Below, piece by piece: positions 41,831-55,057 of a DNA stretch of 64,000 nucleotides. How positions within the stretch are numbered: position 1 is the first letter of the stretch; each line of letters opens with the position of its first letter. Below the pieces are notes generated by a model, which saw only the letters and a program-made list of their open reading frames with translations, was not told the origin of the DNA and did not search any database. The DNA lies in the NCBI RefSeq assembly GCF_001194135.2, contig NC_068989.1, forward strand, positions 19,253,644-19,317,643, given 5' to 3'. This DNA is from Octopus bimaculoides. Its lineage: Eukaryota. The translations under genes and the position numbers were made by a program.

Positions 41831-43200
41831 CTCCCTTCATTGTCACTCCTCCCTTGTAACCCTACCCCTACACAATCCAACCCCNNNNNNNNNNNNNNNN
41901 NNNNNNNNNNNNNNNNNNNNNNNNNNNNNNNNNNNNNNNNNNNNNNNNNNNNNNNNNNNNNNNNNNNNNNNNNNNNNNNNNNNNNNNNNNNNNNNNNNNN
42001 NNNNNNNNNNNNNNNNNNNNNNNNNNNNNNNNNNNTATATATATGTGTGTGTGTGGTGTGTGTGTTTGTGTGTGTGTCTGTGTTTGTCCCCCACTACTGC
42101 TTGACAACTGGTGGTGGTGTGTTTACATCTCTGTAACTTAACAGTTTGGCAAAAGAGACCAATAGAATAAATACTAGGCTTCAAAAAGTAAGATTTGTTT
42201 GACTAAGACCGTTCAAGGCAGTGCTCCAGCATGGCTGCAGCCAAATCACTGAAACAAGTAAAAAGTTTTAAAAAGAAGGTAATCCCTTGAATTTTGAGAG
42301 GAGCAAACCACCCATGTGATGGGAATGGTGTGCAAAAGTAGTTATTATATTCCTCCTAAACAAAATTTCTCTTGGAGGTCCTACTTTTGAAAGAATAGTA
42401 ATACTTGCATTCGTAGAACAAGTGGGTTTAATACATATTAATGGAGATTGTAAACTGACCAGTAAGTTGCTCTCTAATTGCTCAAATTACAGCAACAAAC
42501 CAACTTCACTGTTCTCAGCTTGCACCAAAATAACAGTTTGAACAAAAGCTATGACTAGCATTAATCGAAATATTAAGGGTAATGGACAAGTTGTAGTATC
42601 AATAAAGTCAGCAGTTTGTGACAGGTGATAGTTTAGAAGCCAGGGCCCACAGCTGCTGAAAGAATAAACCTGTTGGAAAAAAAACCTTCTGTCTCACTGT
42701 TAATTTCATGTGACAGTGGTAGCTTTCTGTGATTCTGTTCCTCCTGTTTCTCTAATAGTTACCTGTTTCTCTCAATAAGTCATTATGCACTCCACCTCAC
42801 ACTTCCAATACCCTAACCCTTTCCCTCTTAACTTATCGCTCCATTCTTATTCTCTTTGAAAGTTACTTTGTCTCATTTAATCTGTCAAGGTGACCCTACT
42901 TTCTCCCATTTTTATTTCTCAACCTTTGCATTAAGCTCTGCCTTGGCTTTGTATCCCATATCCTCAGCTCTCCATTTTTATTCTTATTCTAACTAAAAAA
43001 AGAAACTTATAATTTCAAATCATTCTTTTCTTGTTGATTCACACGACAGAATTTTCCTTAAAACCTTTGCTGGTTCTTGTGACTCATATAATGCTACAAA
43101 GTGGTTCATACCAAACAATAAAACATAAATTAAATTGTTTCACATCAACCCCACCACAATGAATACTTTTGGTGAAAAGCATTTGTATCACCACAACTCA

Positions 43201-43586
43201 GTGGAGGCGCAATGGCCCAGTGGTTAGGGCAGCGGACTCGCAGTCATAGGATCGCGGTTTCGATTCCCAGACCGGGCGTTGTGAGTGTTTATTGAGCGAA
43301 AACACCTAAAGCTCCACGAGGTTCCAGCAGGGGATGGTTGCGAACCCTGCTGTACTCTTTCGCCACAACTTTCTCTCACTCTTTCTTCCTGTTTCTGTTG
43401 TGCCTGTAATTCAAAGGGTCTGCCTTGTCACACTGTGTCATGCTGAATATCCCCAAGAATTACGTTAAGGGTACACTTGTCCGTGGAGTGCTCAGCCACT
43501 TGCACGTTAATTTCACGAGCAGGCTGTTCCGTTGATCGGATCAACTGGAACCCTTGACGTCGTAAGCGACGGAGTGCCAACAACAA
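43201..43586 (+). mobile_element. SINE family C
   Basis: Near-identical to 22413-22800. It has a (CAA)n tail and the 12-bp TSD CACCACAACTCA (43189-43200 and 43587-43598). Confidence 0.92.
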
Positions 43587-43987
43587 CACCACAACTCATT
43601 TTCTGCTTTTATAAATCTGAGGACATATTTATCCACTATAAGCTTATAGTATGTTTGAAAAATTACAGAATTAATTCAACCTCCACCTCATTCCACCCCA
43701 GTTCTTGAGCGATTCAATAAAAATTCTCTGGAAAAAGACAATTGCAGAAACTACAAGGTAATAAATAAGGTTTGTTTGGATAAGGATGGTTTCTACTCTC
43801 TGCTCTTGTAGCTTGTTGAGCATTGAGCAAGTTAGGGATTATCTAGATAGCTCATGAAAACAATTTAAATCTTGCATTATGTGTTGAGATCAACAGAAGA
43901 GCTGAGGGAGAGACTTCAATGGAAAAGTAAATGTAAATGTATAGGGTTCATCAAGGTTCTTTTCTAGTTATAATACTTGAGGAGTTC

Positions 43988-44395
43988 AGAACTCTTTTAC
44001 TTGTTTCAGTCATTTGACTGTGGCCATACTGGAGCACCACCTTTAGTCGAGCAAATCGACCCCGGGACTTACACTTTGTAAGCCTACTACTTATTCTATC
44101 AGTCTCTTTTGCCAAACTGCTAAGTGACAGGGGCATTAAACACACCAGCATTGGTTGTCAAGCAATGCTAGGGGGACAAACACAGACACACAAACATACA
44201 CACACACACACATATATATATACATATATACGACAGGCTTCTTTCAGTTTCCGTCTACCAAATCCACTCACAAGGCTTTGGTCGGCCCGAGACTATAGTA
44301 GAAGACACTTGCCCAAGATGCCATGCAGTGGGACTGAACCCAGAACCATGTGGTTGGTAAGCAAGCTACTTACCACACAGCCACTCCTGCGCCTA
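43988..44395 (-). mobile_element. SINE family A, full length; further minus copies at about 1783-2180, 2787-3028, 11410-11797, 16035-16515, 28826-29095, 29905-30310 and 40633-41005; plus-strand parts at about 42036-42270 and 54505-54660
   Basis: Repeated near-identical blocks cttttacttgtttcagtcatttgactg...ccacacagccactcctgcgcct. Confidence 0.9.
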
Positions 44396-46139
44396 TATTC
44401 TAGGGAACAATTTTCTGTTGATTATCTGGTTATCATATAAGAATTTGTTACAGAGTTGCAGAACTTCAGAGTAAGCTGCACATTTGGAAATTTGGTAAAA
44501 AATCAAAAAAAGCTAAAGATCAACATAGTATATACTGGAATAGTTATTAGTAACAAGGAGTGAGTGCTTGCAGAAAACTTGTCTGCATGGTTCAGCAAAC
44601 ATCTATTTAGAAAATTTCTCAATTCAAAGTAAAGGACAGACATAAACAGCATAAAAGGACTTTTATAAGAGAAGGGGCAAAAATGGGCTTCTCATCCTAA
44701 ACCACACTTACATCATCAATACTGCGTAACAAAAATAATTTTCTTGCAGAGGCACAAAACCAACAATTTTGAGGAAAGAGAACAATTATAGCATCGCTGT
44801 GTAGTTGAGATGTTTATTTTCAAATCACATGGCTTCAGGCTCAGTGACATTTTGTGGCACCTTGAGCAAGTGTTTTCTACAATAGCCCCAGACCAACCAA
44901 AGTCTTGTGAGTGGATTTAGTAGATGAGCACTAAAAGAAACCTGTCATATATTCTTAGATACTGTTAAGCAGTATACCACTGGTTATGACATATAACTGG
45001 TGAGAATGTTACTGTCGATTTTGTGCCAACTATTGTACTTGGCAAAATTATATCTATATGTAATCGACTTGTTCCCCTTCCCCAAAATTGCGGACCCTGT
45101 ACCAAAATTTGAAATCAATGTTTGTGTGTGTGTTGGTGCTGCTTTGTCTTGCCATTGCATGCTTGTTGTCATTCATTTCCAAACTTCTGCAAGAACATGT
45201 CTGGCCATGGAGAAATATTACTGTGCTTGGAAACAAGTGAGGTTTGGTGACAGGAAGATCATTCAGCTGTAGAAAATTTGCTTCAGTAAATTCTGTCCAA
45301 CTTGTGCAAGTATGGAAAAATAGATGGTAAAACAATGATGATATACTTTTGTTTTTTCTACTAAAAAATGATATACTTTATTTTATTGACCATGGAGTGG
45401 TGAAATGCAAATTTTAGCATGCAGGATTTGAACTTAACACATATAATTATATGCTGCAATACATTTGTCATTCAACCAATTCTGGCAGTACAATGTCTTT
45501 GAGACAGCAGGTATTATTAACATGTTTGTATGGAAAATAGTAAGTCATAGTTCATAGATAGGTGTTGTATTGAATATCTATCTCAACATTTAAATGTTAT
45601 TGCAACATTGAAATTTAAACTGCAATAACTATAACAGTAAGTGACAAGAAACAATTACAGATCCATATATGAGTGTTTATTCAGTAATGGAAACAACTGT
45701 TACGTGTGTGTGTGTGTGTTGATGTTACATTTTAGGTAAAGTTTTAGATAAAAACAATTGAACATTAAAATGAAGAATTACTCCATATATTGCAGATCAG
45801 TTCTAAGATGTAGCTCAAAAGAGTCGCAGAGATAACTGAAGGCATAGAAATGGATGATTTATGATATTGAATATGTGAGATAGATTTTTAAAGGACATGG
45901 TTCCAAGAGGAGGAGGAGGAGGAAGTCTCTGGTAGCATAAAGGCAGGATGAAATATGTGCAGATTCTAATATTATATGATTACAGCAGCTGAATAGTGCT
46001 AGTGTTAGTAGAGTTATAGGGGGATGAGTGTTAGAAAGATGAGATGCAGGGAATGCTTGACAGGGACAGATTGGGTGCAAGGGCAGGATTTGATGAGTGT
46101 TTATACATAATCATGTTTTTAGGGCCTCACTTTCAAAAA

Positions 46140-46910
46140 AATGGATGGGTCTTCTTGAGTATAGTGAATAGCCAATCATCTCAGTCTTTTGTCTTCTCCT
46201 CCATCAGGCTCAACCTCTTGAGATCATCATTCATAACTTCATCCCATGTCTTCCTGGATTTTCAAAATCCAAAATTAGTCATCAGCACTTCTTTATACAG
46301 TTGTTCTCATCCATATACATCACATGACCATAACAGAGCAATCTTCTTTCTTATACACTGCATCTGATTATTTTTTATGTCCAATTTTTCTCGAGATACA
46401 TGTGCACTTTGTCAAACATGCACATTGATGTTGCATATTCAATGGAAGATACTAGATTCATTTTTTTTTAGACTTTGCATATCCTCAGCATTCAGGTTCC
46501 AGATTACCATGTTGTATTGCTGTTTGTACACAAGCATCATACAATCTGCCTTCCAATTTGAGAAAGAGAGAGAGAGAGAGACCTTTTGTTATTAACAGAG
46601 GTAATAGTTCCCTGAATTTTCTTCATCCTGTTCTTATTCTAGCAAATATATTTTCAGAACATCCTCTTCTAATACTAATTAGGTCACCTAAGTAACAAAA
46701 TCTATCTTCTACCTCTTGGGAACCTCCTGTTTCCTATATGTTCTAAGTATTTATTGCTCTTGTGCATCTGCCATATTCAAAATCTACTTTCTCTGTTAAC
46801 CTTCCTCTGGTTCTGATGCGCTTCTTGTGTGTCTCTGGCTTACATTGAATACACCACATGGAATCTCTACCTTCTCTTTTCCTGAAGGGCCTTTTTCCTG
46901 AAGGAAGTAC
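46140..46910 (-). mobile_element. Degenerate RTE LINE fragment, same family as 57165-58110
   Basis: Minus-strand remnants: SMWCIQCKPETHKK...GRLTEKVDFEYGRC, RFCYLGDLIS, KFRELLPLL, GRLYDACV. Confidence 0.8.
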
Positions 46911-47193
46911 AATCCTGTGTGTGTGTGTATGTGTGTAGTCATTCATGCTTATATGGATTAATATGTATATATATATATATTTACATATGAATGTATGTAT
47001 GTAAATATGTTTTATATATATATATATANNNNNNNNNNNNNNNNNNNNNNNNNNNNNNNNNNNNNNNNNNNNNNNNNNNNNNNNNNNNNNNNNNNNNNNN
47101 NNNNNNNNNNNNNNNNNNNNNNNNNNNNNNNNNNNNNNNNNNNNNNNNNNNNNNNNNNNNNNNNNNNNNNNTATGTGTGTGTGTATGCATGTA

Positions 47194-47234
<41 letters not shown>

Positions 47235-47255
47235 ATGTGTGTGTGTATGCATGTA

Positions 47256-47314
<59 letters not shown>

Positions 47315-48099
47315 ATATACATATCTATATGTGTACATATATATTACAATGTGTATTAATGTGTAGGTGTATAGTGTTTGTATGTTTACGTACATACACA
47401 TATACCTATCATGTTACCTGCCTTGGTAAGCAACCATTTTTATGTAACACAGAAGTGATAAATTTCTCCAAATGTCTCACATAATTATTCATGTCTTTGT
47501 TTAAAAATTTTTCTCAATAAAATATGATTTTAACAGGAAGAGGAAAGGGAGTAAGCAATGGAACCTCGTGTCTTATATTATGTTGTGGTTAATAGTAACA
47601 GCTGTATGTTATGTCTTTCTTACATTACAATGTTTGAATCATGTTAAACAATAGCCCTCTGGTTTGGAGAAAGAAAAAAATATTATTATGAATATTTGGT
47701 CTCTTAGAATCTTTTGTCTGTAGATTAGTGATGTTGGTGCTGAGTTGAACAACTTTGTGTTTGGGAGCCAACCAAGGAAACCTCTAAGCAGCCACTCAGT
47801 ATACTAGAAATAGTAGCTAAATAATTCTTCGCTCTCTGCTGTTTTACAAAGAAGGAAGGATGGCATTAGATAATTTAATGTGATGTGATGGCCACGGCTT
47901 GAATGTCTTTGAATGAAATACATCAGCTTGATCGGAGTTGACTTGGGACTAAAGAAAATCTTTAGATTTGTTGGTTGTCTGTCTATCCATCGTTCTTCAA
48001 AGAAGAGGTGATACATGAATAGTAGCCTCATTTGACAACTGGTCTAAAAGAGAGGCTCCAGCTGACCAGTGAAAGTAGCAGTAGGTGTTTGTCTACTTA

Positions 48100-48430
48100 C
48101 TTTTGAAAGTTTATGTTCCTATAACTGAGGTGGTCCCAATTATAACTTCCAGAAGTTTATTCCATATGCTGGCAGCTGAGTGCAGAAAACTCCTATCCAA
48201 GATATGAATTTTGGCATTGGGTATTGGGAGTGTATATGTATGCACCAGCATGAAAGTACTACTCCTTGTACAGCATTGTATGTCATACTGCAGTGGTAGC
48301 ATGCTCTGACTATTGATGGGCTCTAGCAATCTCTTCTGATGTAGGCTCATGGGAAGTTCTTAGGCAGCCTCTCTGCTATTAACTGTAGAGATCTTGATAG
48401 CTTTCTTTCAGATGCTATCCAATTGTCTGA
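48100..48430 (-). mobile_element. Degenerate CR1/L2-group LINE C-terminal fragment
   Basis: Remnants: ILRQLDSI*KKAIKI and CTRSSTFMLVHTYTLPIPNAKIHILDRSFLHSAASIWNKL (SFxxxxxxxWNxL end motif). Confidence 0.6.
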
Positions 48431-51062
48431 GTATGCAAAGATAAACACATGTATTTCACAATGCATTGATTTTACACTTTATTGATAGCTGCCTCCTTGT
48501 GTAGATATGATGGAGACAGGAGTTAAATGCTTCCCACCACTTGACTTCTGTTGTATTTAGAATCTCAAAATGTTTTTCTTAGAGAGAGTTTACAATGTTT
48601 GATGCATTTCTTTTTCTTGGTAATAAATTTGATGGCACAAATGTCACCTTCCAGTCATCTTGGTTAATTAGTTCAGTGAGTAACAGCCTTACTCATTGTG
48701 TGTTCTGAATTCAGCTACTTACAGCTGACAGCACCCAGTAAGAGTGGATTATAGACTAGGTTTTTATCAGTAAGAAGTTAACTAAGCAACAGGGTTTCAG
48801 AGGTGTCATCAATGATTGCAGGACTCTTTGGCAGTGGTCCTTAACAAACTGAGGTTCTAGCATCATAAGTTCTACAGACTACTGCACAGTGAAAGCAAAA
48901 TGATGCTGCACTAGAATATACTATTTTACACCAGACTCCTTGCTTGCTTTTTATCTGTTGTTGTGGTTACTTACAGGCTAATCAGTAGCTCTTGATGAAC
49001 ATTATAGCAGTTATTTGCTCAGACTTTCATTCTTACAATGTCTCTGTGTTAGCTCACTTCAATAAGACCACTTTCTGTTGCTGATCTTATTGATGCGAAG
49101 CATTGGTTCATTGGCTTAAAGGTACAGATCATGTTCACAGGTTTTGACAAGACTATTCATGAAAACAGAACAGATGTAGTTCAAGTTTAGAATGTTCTAG
49201 AGCTGATGTTCTTGGTTGTTGTTTTTTGTTTGTTTTTTTTTGTTTTTTTTTTCTGGTCTGGCTTGTGACCAAGTTCTTTGTTGGCTTTCTGAGATCTACA
49301 GGGCTGATGTCAGTAACATTCCTGTTGAGCACTTACCAAGTTAGTGGCTATAGGAAAAAATATGCAAGGATGCATTTTCAGAGGAACAATGTTCTACATA
49401 CGTAGGCTTAACTGTAATCTCATGGGAAGCTACTGATCCAAAAGGTGAGTCACAGTTGGAACCACTCATAGATGGGCAGTTTTAATATAAAATTCAGGTG
49501 CCAAAACATGGTTCAAAGCATGGATGGCACTGAAGGCAACAACACTGCTTTCACTAAATTTCTAAGTCAAGAACTCATTAGTATAAAGTAAGGGAGTAGG
49601 TTGATATTGCGCTGGTTTTGTGAGAGTCATACTGGTGGTCATTAAAGAGAATGAGAGATTCAAAATGAAAGTGAAAGTTGTTAATTGTTGTCTCTGTCAT
49701 CTTTGTTGGGATATTTGAAGTGAGTTGACTGAGTTAGAAGGAGTTACTCTTCTAGAAAAAGAACACACCTTACTATGTTTTCAAAAATCAGTGTATATCC
49801 TTGTGGAGAGATTGAAGTTTGGTAAGGATAAGGATTAGGTCTGAAACATTGTTTGAGGTTAATAGAATAAATATTGTCAAGTTTAGTGGCTTTGTTGGTT
49901 TGAAAGAAACAAAGGTATTTTCACACTTGATTTGTATGTATGCGCAGTGGAAGGATTTGTGTTGGGGAATAAGAGGTTGTGTAGTTTGTGTGTTAGAAGA
50001 GGTGGTACATGGGATGTAGGTTGGAATAGAGTCAACAGATGTTAAAGAAGTTGGGGGAAGAATTGTCCTCTGAATTTAGTTTTTAATATCAAGGAAAATT
50101 TAGGGGGTGTTGGTGTGTCATATGGTTGTAATAACTGTAAATGCTTGCAACTGTGCTCTCTCTGTCACGAGTATTTGGCTTGGGGACTAGTTCAAAAACT
50201 TACAACAGAATGAACACATCTGAAGGTAACTATGGACCTGGTGGTGTTGTTATACTGAACTGCAAAATGTGTATCCCTTTCAATTTCATCTTGGTACAAA
50301 GATCATTGTGCCAAGGTCTATCAAATGCTCCTTTGATACTCAAGCCACATATACTCCTTGAAATATGTGCAGGATATTGTTGTTTGTCTGAAAAAGGATA
50401 GGGAGAAGTTGTATGGTGTCATGATTTTGACAGAAACCAACATGAGTTGTTTCTGCAGCAGATAACTTTCCAGTTGTTTATGAAGCAACACTGCTACTAT
50501 TATTTCACTGGCAAAATTGAATAATAATACAAACAGGCCAATTGATATTTTAACTGATCGGTGCTTGATGGATCATCTTTAATATATCTCAGAGATAAGG
50601 CAGCAAGCTGGCAGAATTGTTAGCATGCTGGGCAAAATGCTAAGTGGCATTTTGTCTGTCTCTACATTCTGAGTTCAAATTCCACTGAGGTTGACTTTGC
50701 CTTTCATCCTTTCACCCCGAGTTCAAATTCCGCTACAGTTGACTTTGCCTTTCATCCAAATAAGTACCAGTTGAGCAGTAAGGTTAATGTAATCGACTTA
50801 TCCCCTCCCCCCAAAGTTGCTAGCTTTGTGCCAAAATTTGAAACCAATATATCATAGAGATAGTTTCCCCTAGTTGTGATTTATTCCCAAAATAAAGCAC
50901 AACTAAAAAACATGCAACATGGGAGTTGGATAGTTCCTTACAGTATTCTTTCAGGACTTTGGTTGCAGTTTGGTAAGGATATGACTTGTGGGTTTGGTTT
51001 CAATTTTTCTGTTATTTACATATTATCCTTATTGCTTGATATGAAGTTCATACACAGTAATA

Positions 51063-51622
51063 GGATCTTTTTTAAAACGGGGGCCACATTTTTCATTAAT
51101 GTTTTACATAGTGTTTTTGGTACCGAAAGACTTTCAAACTTCGTATACTTATCTATTTTGTGTTATAGAACAGAAAAATATTTTTGTATTCGAATTTATT
51201 TCATGTAAAAAATTGTCTTATTTCGATAATTTCAACCAATCACTGACGTCCATTCAGCCGATATACATTAAGTGCCGACTACATAAACAAACGATTCTTC
51301 GTTTTATTTGCTTTTTTCATTTTAAATTTGCTTTAACCCTAACCCTAACCCTAGGGTTAGGGTTAGAGTTAGGGTTAGGGTTAATTGTTTCAGAATCGTT
51401 TGTTTATGTAGTCGGCACTTAATGTATATCGGCTGAATGGACGTCAGTGATTGGTTGAAATTACAGAAATACGACAACTTTAACATGGAATAATTTATGG
51501 ATTTCTTTTTTTTTTAAGAAGACTAAGAGAAAAAGATGTTTTATATGACACATTCTACCAGTGTTCCAAGTTTCAAAGTGTTTCGTTAATGAAAAATGTG
51601 GCCCCCGTTTTAAAAAAGATCC
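51063..51622. mobile_element. 560-bp foldback non-autonomous DNA transposon (MITE) with a central telomeric-repeat palindrome
   Basis: Perfect 37-bp TIRs (GGATCTTTTTTAAAACGGGGGCCACATTTTTCATTAA). The 8-bp TSD is CAGTAATA (51055-51062 and 51623-51630). A perfect 72-bp inner inverted repeat lies at 51227-51298 and 51392-51463. The centre is (TAACCC)3-T-A-(GGGTTA)5 with one variant unit. Confidence 0.92.
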
Positions 51623-52579
51623 CAGTAATATTGTATCAAAAAATTATATATTGTCATCACCAGTGAGTCGACAGAAAAACAGAAGATATTGGTTTATAAC
51701 TACTGTTATTTGAATCCATTGCTGTTATGTTTGTCGATGTGGATATTTCAAGCTATGATGCTTTCATTTTTCCCAACTCAAGTTTTTGCCGGCTCATATA
51801 TTTTCCACTTTTCCACTTCTGACATTGTTTACTTTTTACCTGATTGTGGGTCTGGTTGTAGTTCAGTCGTCACTTGTGTCATAAATCATAAATTATCTTT
51901 TTTTCCAACTTGTCTGTTTCTGTTTAAAACATAACCCATCAGGTTTTATGCTTTTTATTTTATTTTTTATTTTATTTTATTTATTTATTTATTTATTGCT
52001 ACCAGCACTGTATACACTCAATTGGTTGAAAAACATAAGGATAGAGTAGAAACTGTATGCGTGTGTGTGTGTGTGTGTATACAGAAAGAGAGAGATATGT
52101 ATGCTTGAGTATACATATATGTGTATGCATATAGACATCAGTGTGTATGTAGATGTATATATGGATATATCTGCAAATTGAACAGACCCAAGATTCTGTG
52201 CAAGGCAATGACATGAATCTGAAAGCAATTTATGTCAACAATGCAAATAATATGCATTGAACATGTCCCTGAGATGAAGGTTAATGTTCAAGAGAGTATC
52301 ATTCCCAGTGACAGAAAAATTCTCATGTGACAAAGAAGAAAGGACTTATATTATTTAAATGGATAAACCATTAACATGGGAAAAAAAAATATTCATTTCA
52401 GAATGTCACTCAGAAATTGAGAGCAAAATGCTCCACAAAAATGAGAGATCTGTTAAGAAAACTTGGACTGTAGAACATGTGAAAACACACCTTAAAAAGT
52501 TTTCTATAGATTTGCAAAAATGCTTCATTACAAATTAGGTTCATTATTTGAAAGAAGTACTTATAACCAACTAAGCTAA

Positions 52580-52960
52580 AAACAAGGCTAGTACAAGCAC
52601 TCATTTGGCCAATAGGCATTTGTGGTTGTGAAGCATGTACTCTAAGCAGATTAAGTGAACATATTGTATTTGAAATGTGGGTGTATAGGAGAATGCTGTG
52701 TGTTTCTTACTAAGATCATTGGATAAATGAATGAGTGTTACAACAAGTAGGTGAAAGAAGACAACTCCTGAACATTGTGGAAAAAACTAAAGCTCATCTA
52801 TTATGGCCATATCCAAAGAAGCAGAGGTCAAGAAAACATTATCATGGAAAGAAGAGTTAAAGGGCTCTAGACCAAGAGGCAGGCAAAGAAAACAGTGGAG
52901 GGAAAATATCTCTAGCTGGTTGGACAAGAATGGCAAGGCAGATGGAGAACTTGTGCTTAA
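52580..52960 (+). mobile_element. Degenerate RTE (BovB-like) LINE 3' fragment
   Basis: Remnants: LVQALIWPIGICGCEACTL, FEMWVYRRML, YGHIQR, GSRPRGRQRKQWREN. Confidence 0.7.
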
Positions 52961-55012
52961 TTAGTAAGACTTCCATTGTAGTGTCATCAATTAGTTGCAG
53001 CCATATGATACATGATGATGACTCGTGGCCATTAAAAGACAAGGGAAATACTGGAAGAAAAATTCAACAATGTTTTCACAAGCTTTCTCATGCACTTGCA
53101 AATCATGGAACTAGATAAATTCTTCAATGTTTCAACTTTGTATTATAAAAATGTAACCATTCATCATATAAAAATTTATATTAAAATTTACCATGGATAC
53201 AATGAATCAGTTCTGATTACTTCTCTACAACTTTGCAAAACCATCCCCAAATATTCTTAATTTCCTACATATTTCATAAAAAAAGTATAAAGACAATAAT
53301 ATACTTTAACCATAATAAAAGAATTCAAGCAAATTTCTTTGACTTCACATACCTGCAAAGTCGTGGTATCAGGGAATGGGATTATGTTCCTAGAGAATAA
53401 TAGCTTGTTAAATGATACTCCTCAGTACAGAAACTGTACTTCTAAGTACCTTCAAGTTTCTGTGGAGCATTACAACCTGATATTGAACAAGCTGCTCAAC
53501 CATTTAAATATGATTTATATTGTCATACATGTACATTTTGCAAAGGATTTTGGAAAAAACTGCTCATGCAATACACTTCAAACTACTTGATTTCAACATA
53601 GCTACATGGTAGTATAGTTGTGGGACTTTTTAAAACTTAGATCTCAAGTTGTTATGACCAATGATACCCCAAAAAGTTAACAATTCTGGTGTTATTACTG
53701 CTGCAGTAGAGCTCACAGATATACTTTCAGTTATTAGAACATCCACTCCTACTTCTCTTAGTTCAATCTATGCATACTGAACTAGATGTAATTCAATGAT
53801 CCCCCAAGATTTCCTCTCTGCAGCAACTGGAATACTGATAGAACAGTAATGAAGTGAAGAAGCTTGAGACATCTAGTAATCTATATCTAGAACAAACACA
53901 GGCAACTTTTTTCAAGAAATGGGCCACATGAGACATGTCTCATCTTCAAGTGGGCTGCATTACTAAAAAAATTAAGGTAACTTTTCATTAGGCATGCCAT
54001 CTAGAAAGTCCCACATACCACAGTTTGCCTATGACTGATTTAGAAGAGTCTGACAGCAATGAAATGTGTGTGTGTGTGTGCATGCGTGTGTGTGTGTGCA
54101 CATGTAGATGTGTGTGTGACGATCAAAAGGTGAGATATAAACCTTCAAAAGGTGAGATATAAACCTTCAAAGTGTACAAAATTAGTTTTATCGCTGAACA
54201 GAAGTTTATCAAGCTTTGAATTTTACCTGGAGCATTTTAAACTATGAAAAAGCAGCTTCAAATCTCGGGTATAACCATAAACATGAAGCTGATATGGACA
54301 GTGGGTATATTTCTACCATATGTAACATGTGTAACAGAGCTGCACAGAAGCATAGAGTGCTATGTACAAAATCAAATGAATAGAAAAGACAAAAAACATG
54401 CAAGAGACATTTCAAACAATGATGATAAACCTAAATTAAACTCTCATCAACTGTTTTACTAAGGAATATAGCAGTTTTGATACCTTAGATAAAACTGCAT
54501 ATCCTAGGCAGTAGGTACAGAGGAGGTGTTTACATCTCCATAACTTAGCAGTTCAGCAAAAGAGACCAATAGAATAAGTACTAGGCTTACAAAGAATAAG
54601 TCCTGGGGTTGATATGTTTGACTAAAGGCTGCAGTCAAATGACTGAAACAAATAAAAGAATATTTATATATATGTGTGTGTGTAGAGCGTTGAAAAGGAA
54701 CACACAAGTTGATATATATGGAAAAAAAGTCAAGGTAGAAAATGCTAAAATAATTTTATAAAAAACATTTCAGTACCAGTTTCAGTCATTGAGACTTTTC
54801 AACCTCGAACCCACAAGAGTAAACAAGGGAGACAGAGACAGGCAGAAACAAGGAAAATACCCCTTGTATTTGAATACTATGGTCAGTCATTTTATGCCTT
54901 CAGTTCCCTCATTGAATGTATTTACTCTACACATGTATTGAGCACTCTTTCTCATGGAGCTAGCTGATGATAACATACACACACACACATACTCGTACTC
55001 ACACATATTCAC

Positions 55013-55057
<45 letters not shown>

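Noticed and set aside
43702-43757. Candidate next TRIT1 exon (ccccag|TTCTTGAG...AAG|gtaata), reading VLERFNKNSLEKDNCRNYK
   Set aside because: The phase fits, but there is no RVxxM or GLxxE conservation and it is much shorter than expected.
54123-54170. 21-bp tandem duplication tcaaaaggtgagatataaacc, and the ~100-bp degenerate duplication at 60320-60470
   Set aside because: Ordinary local slippage duplications with no further structure.
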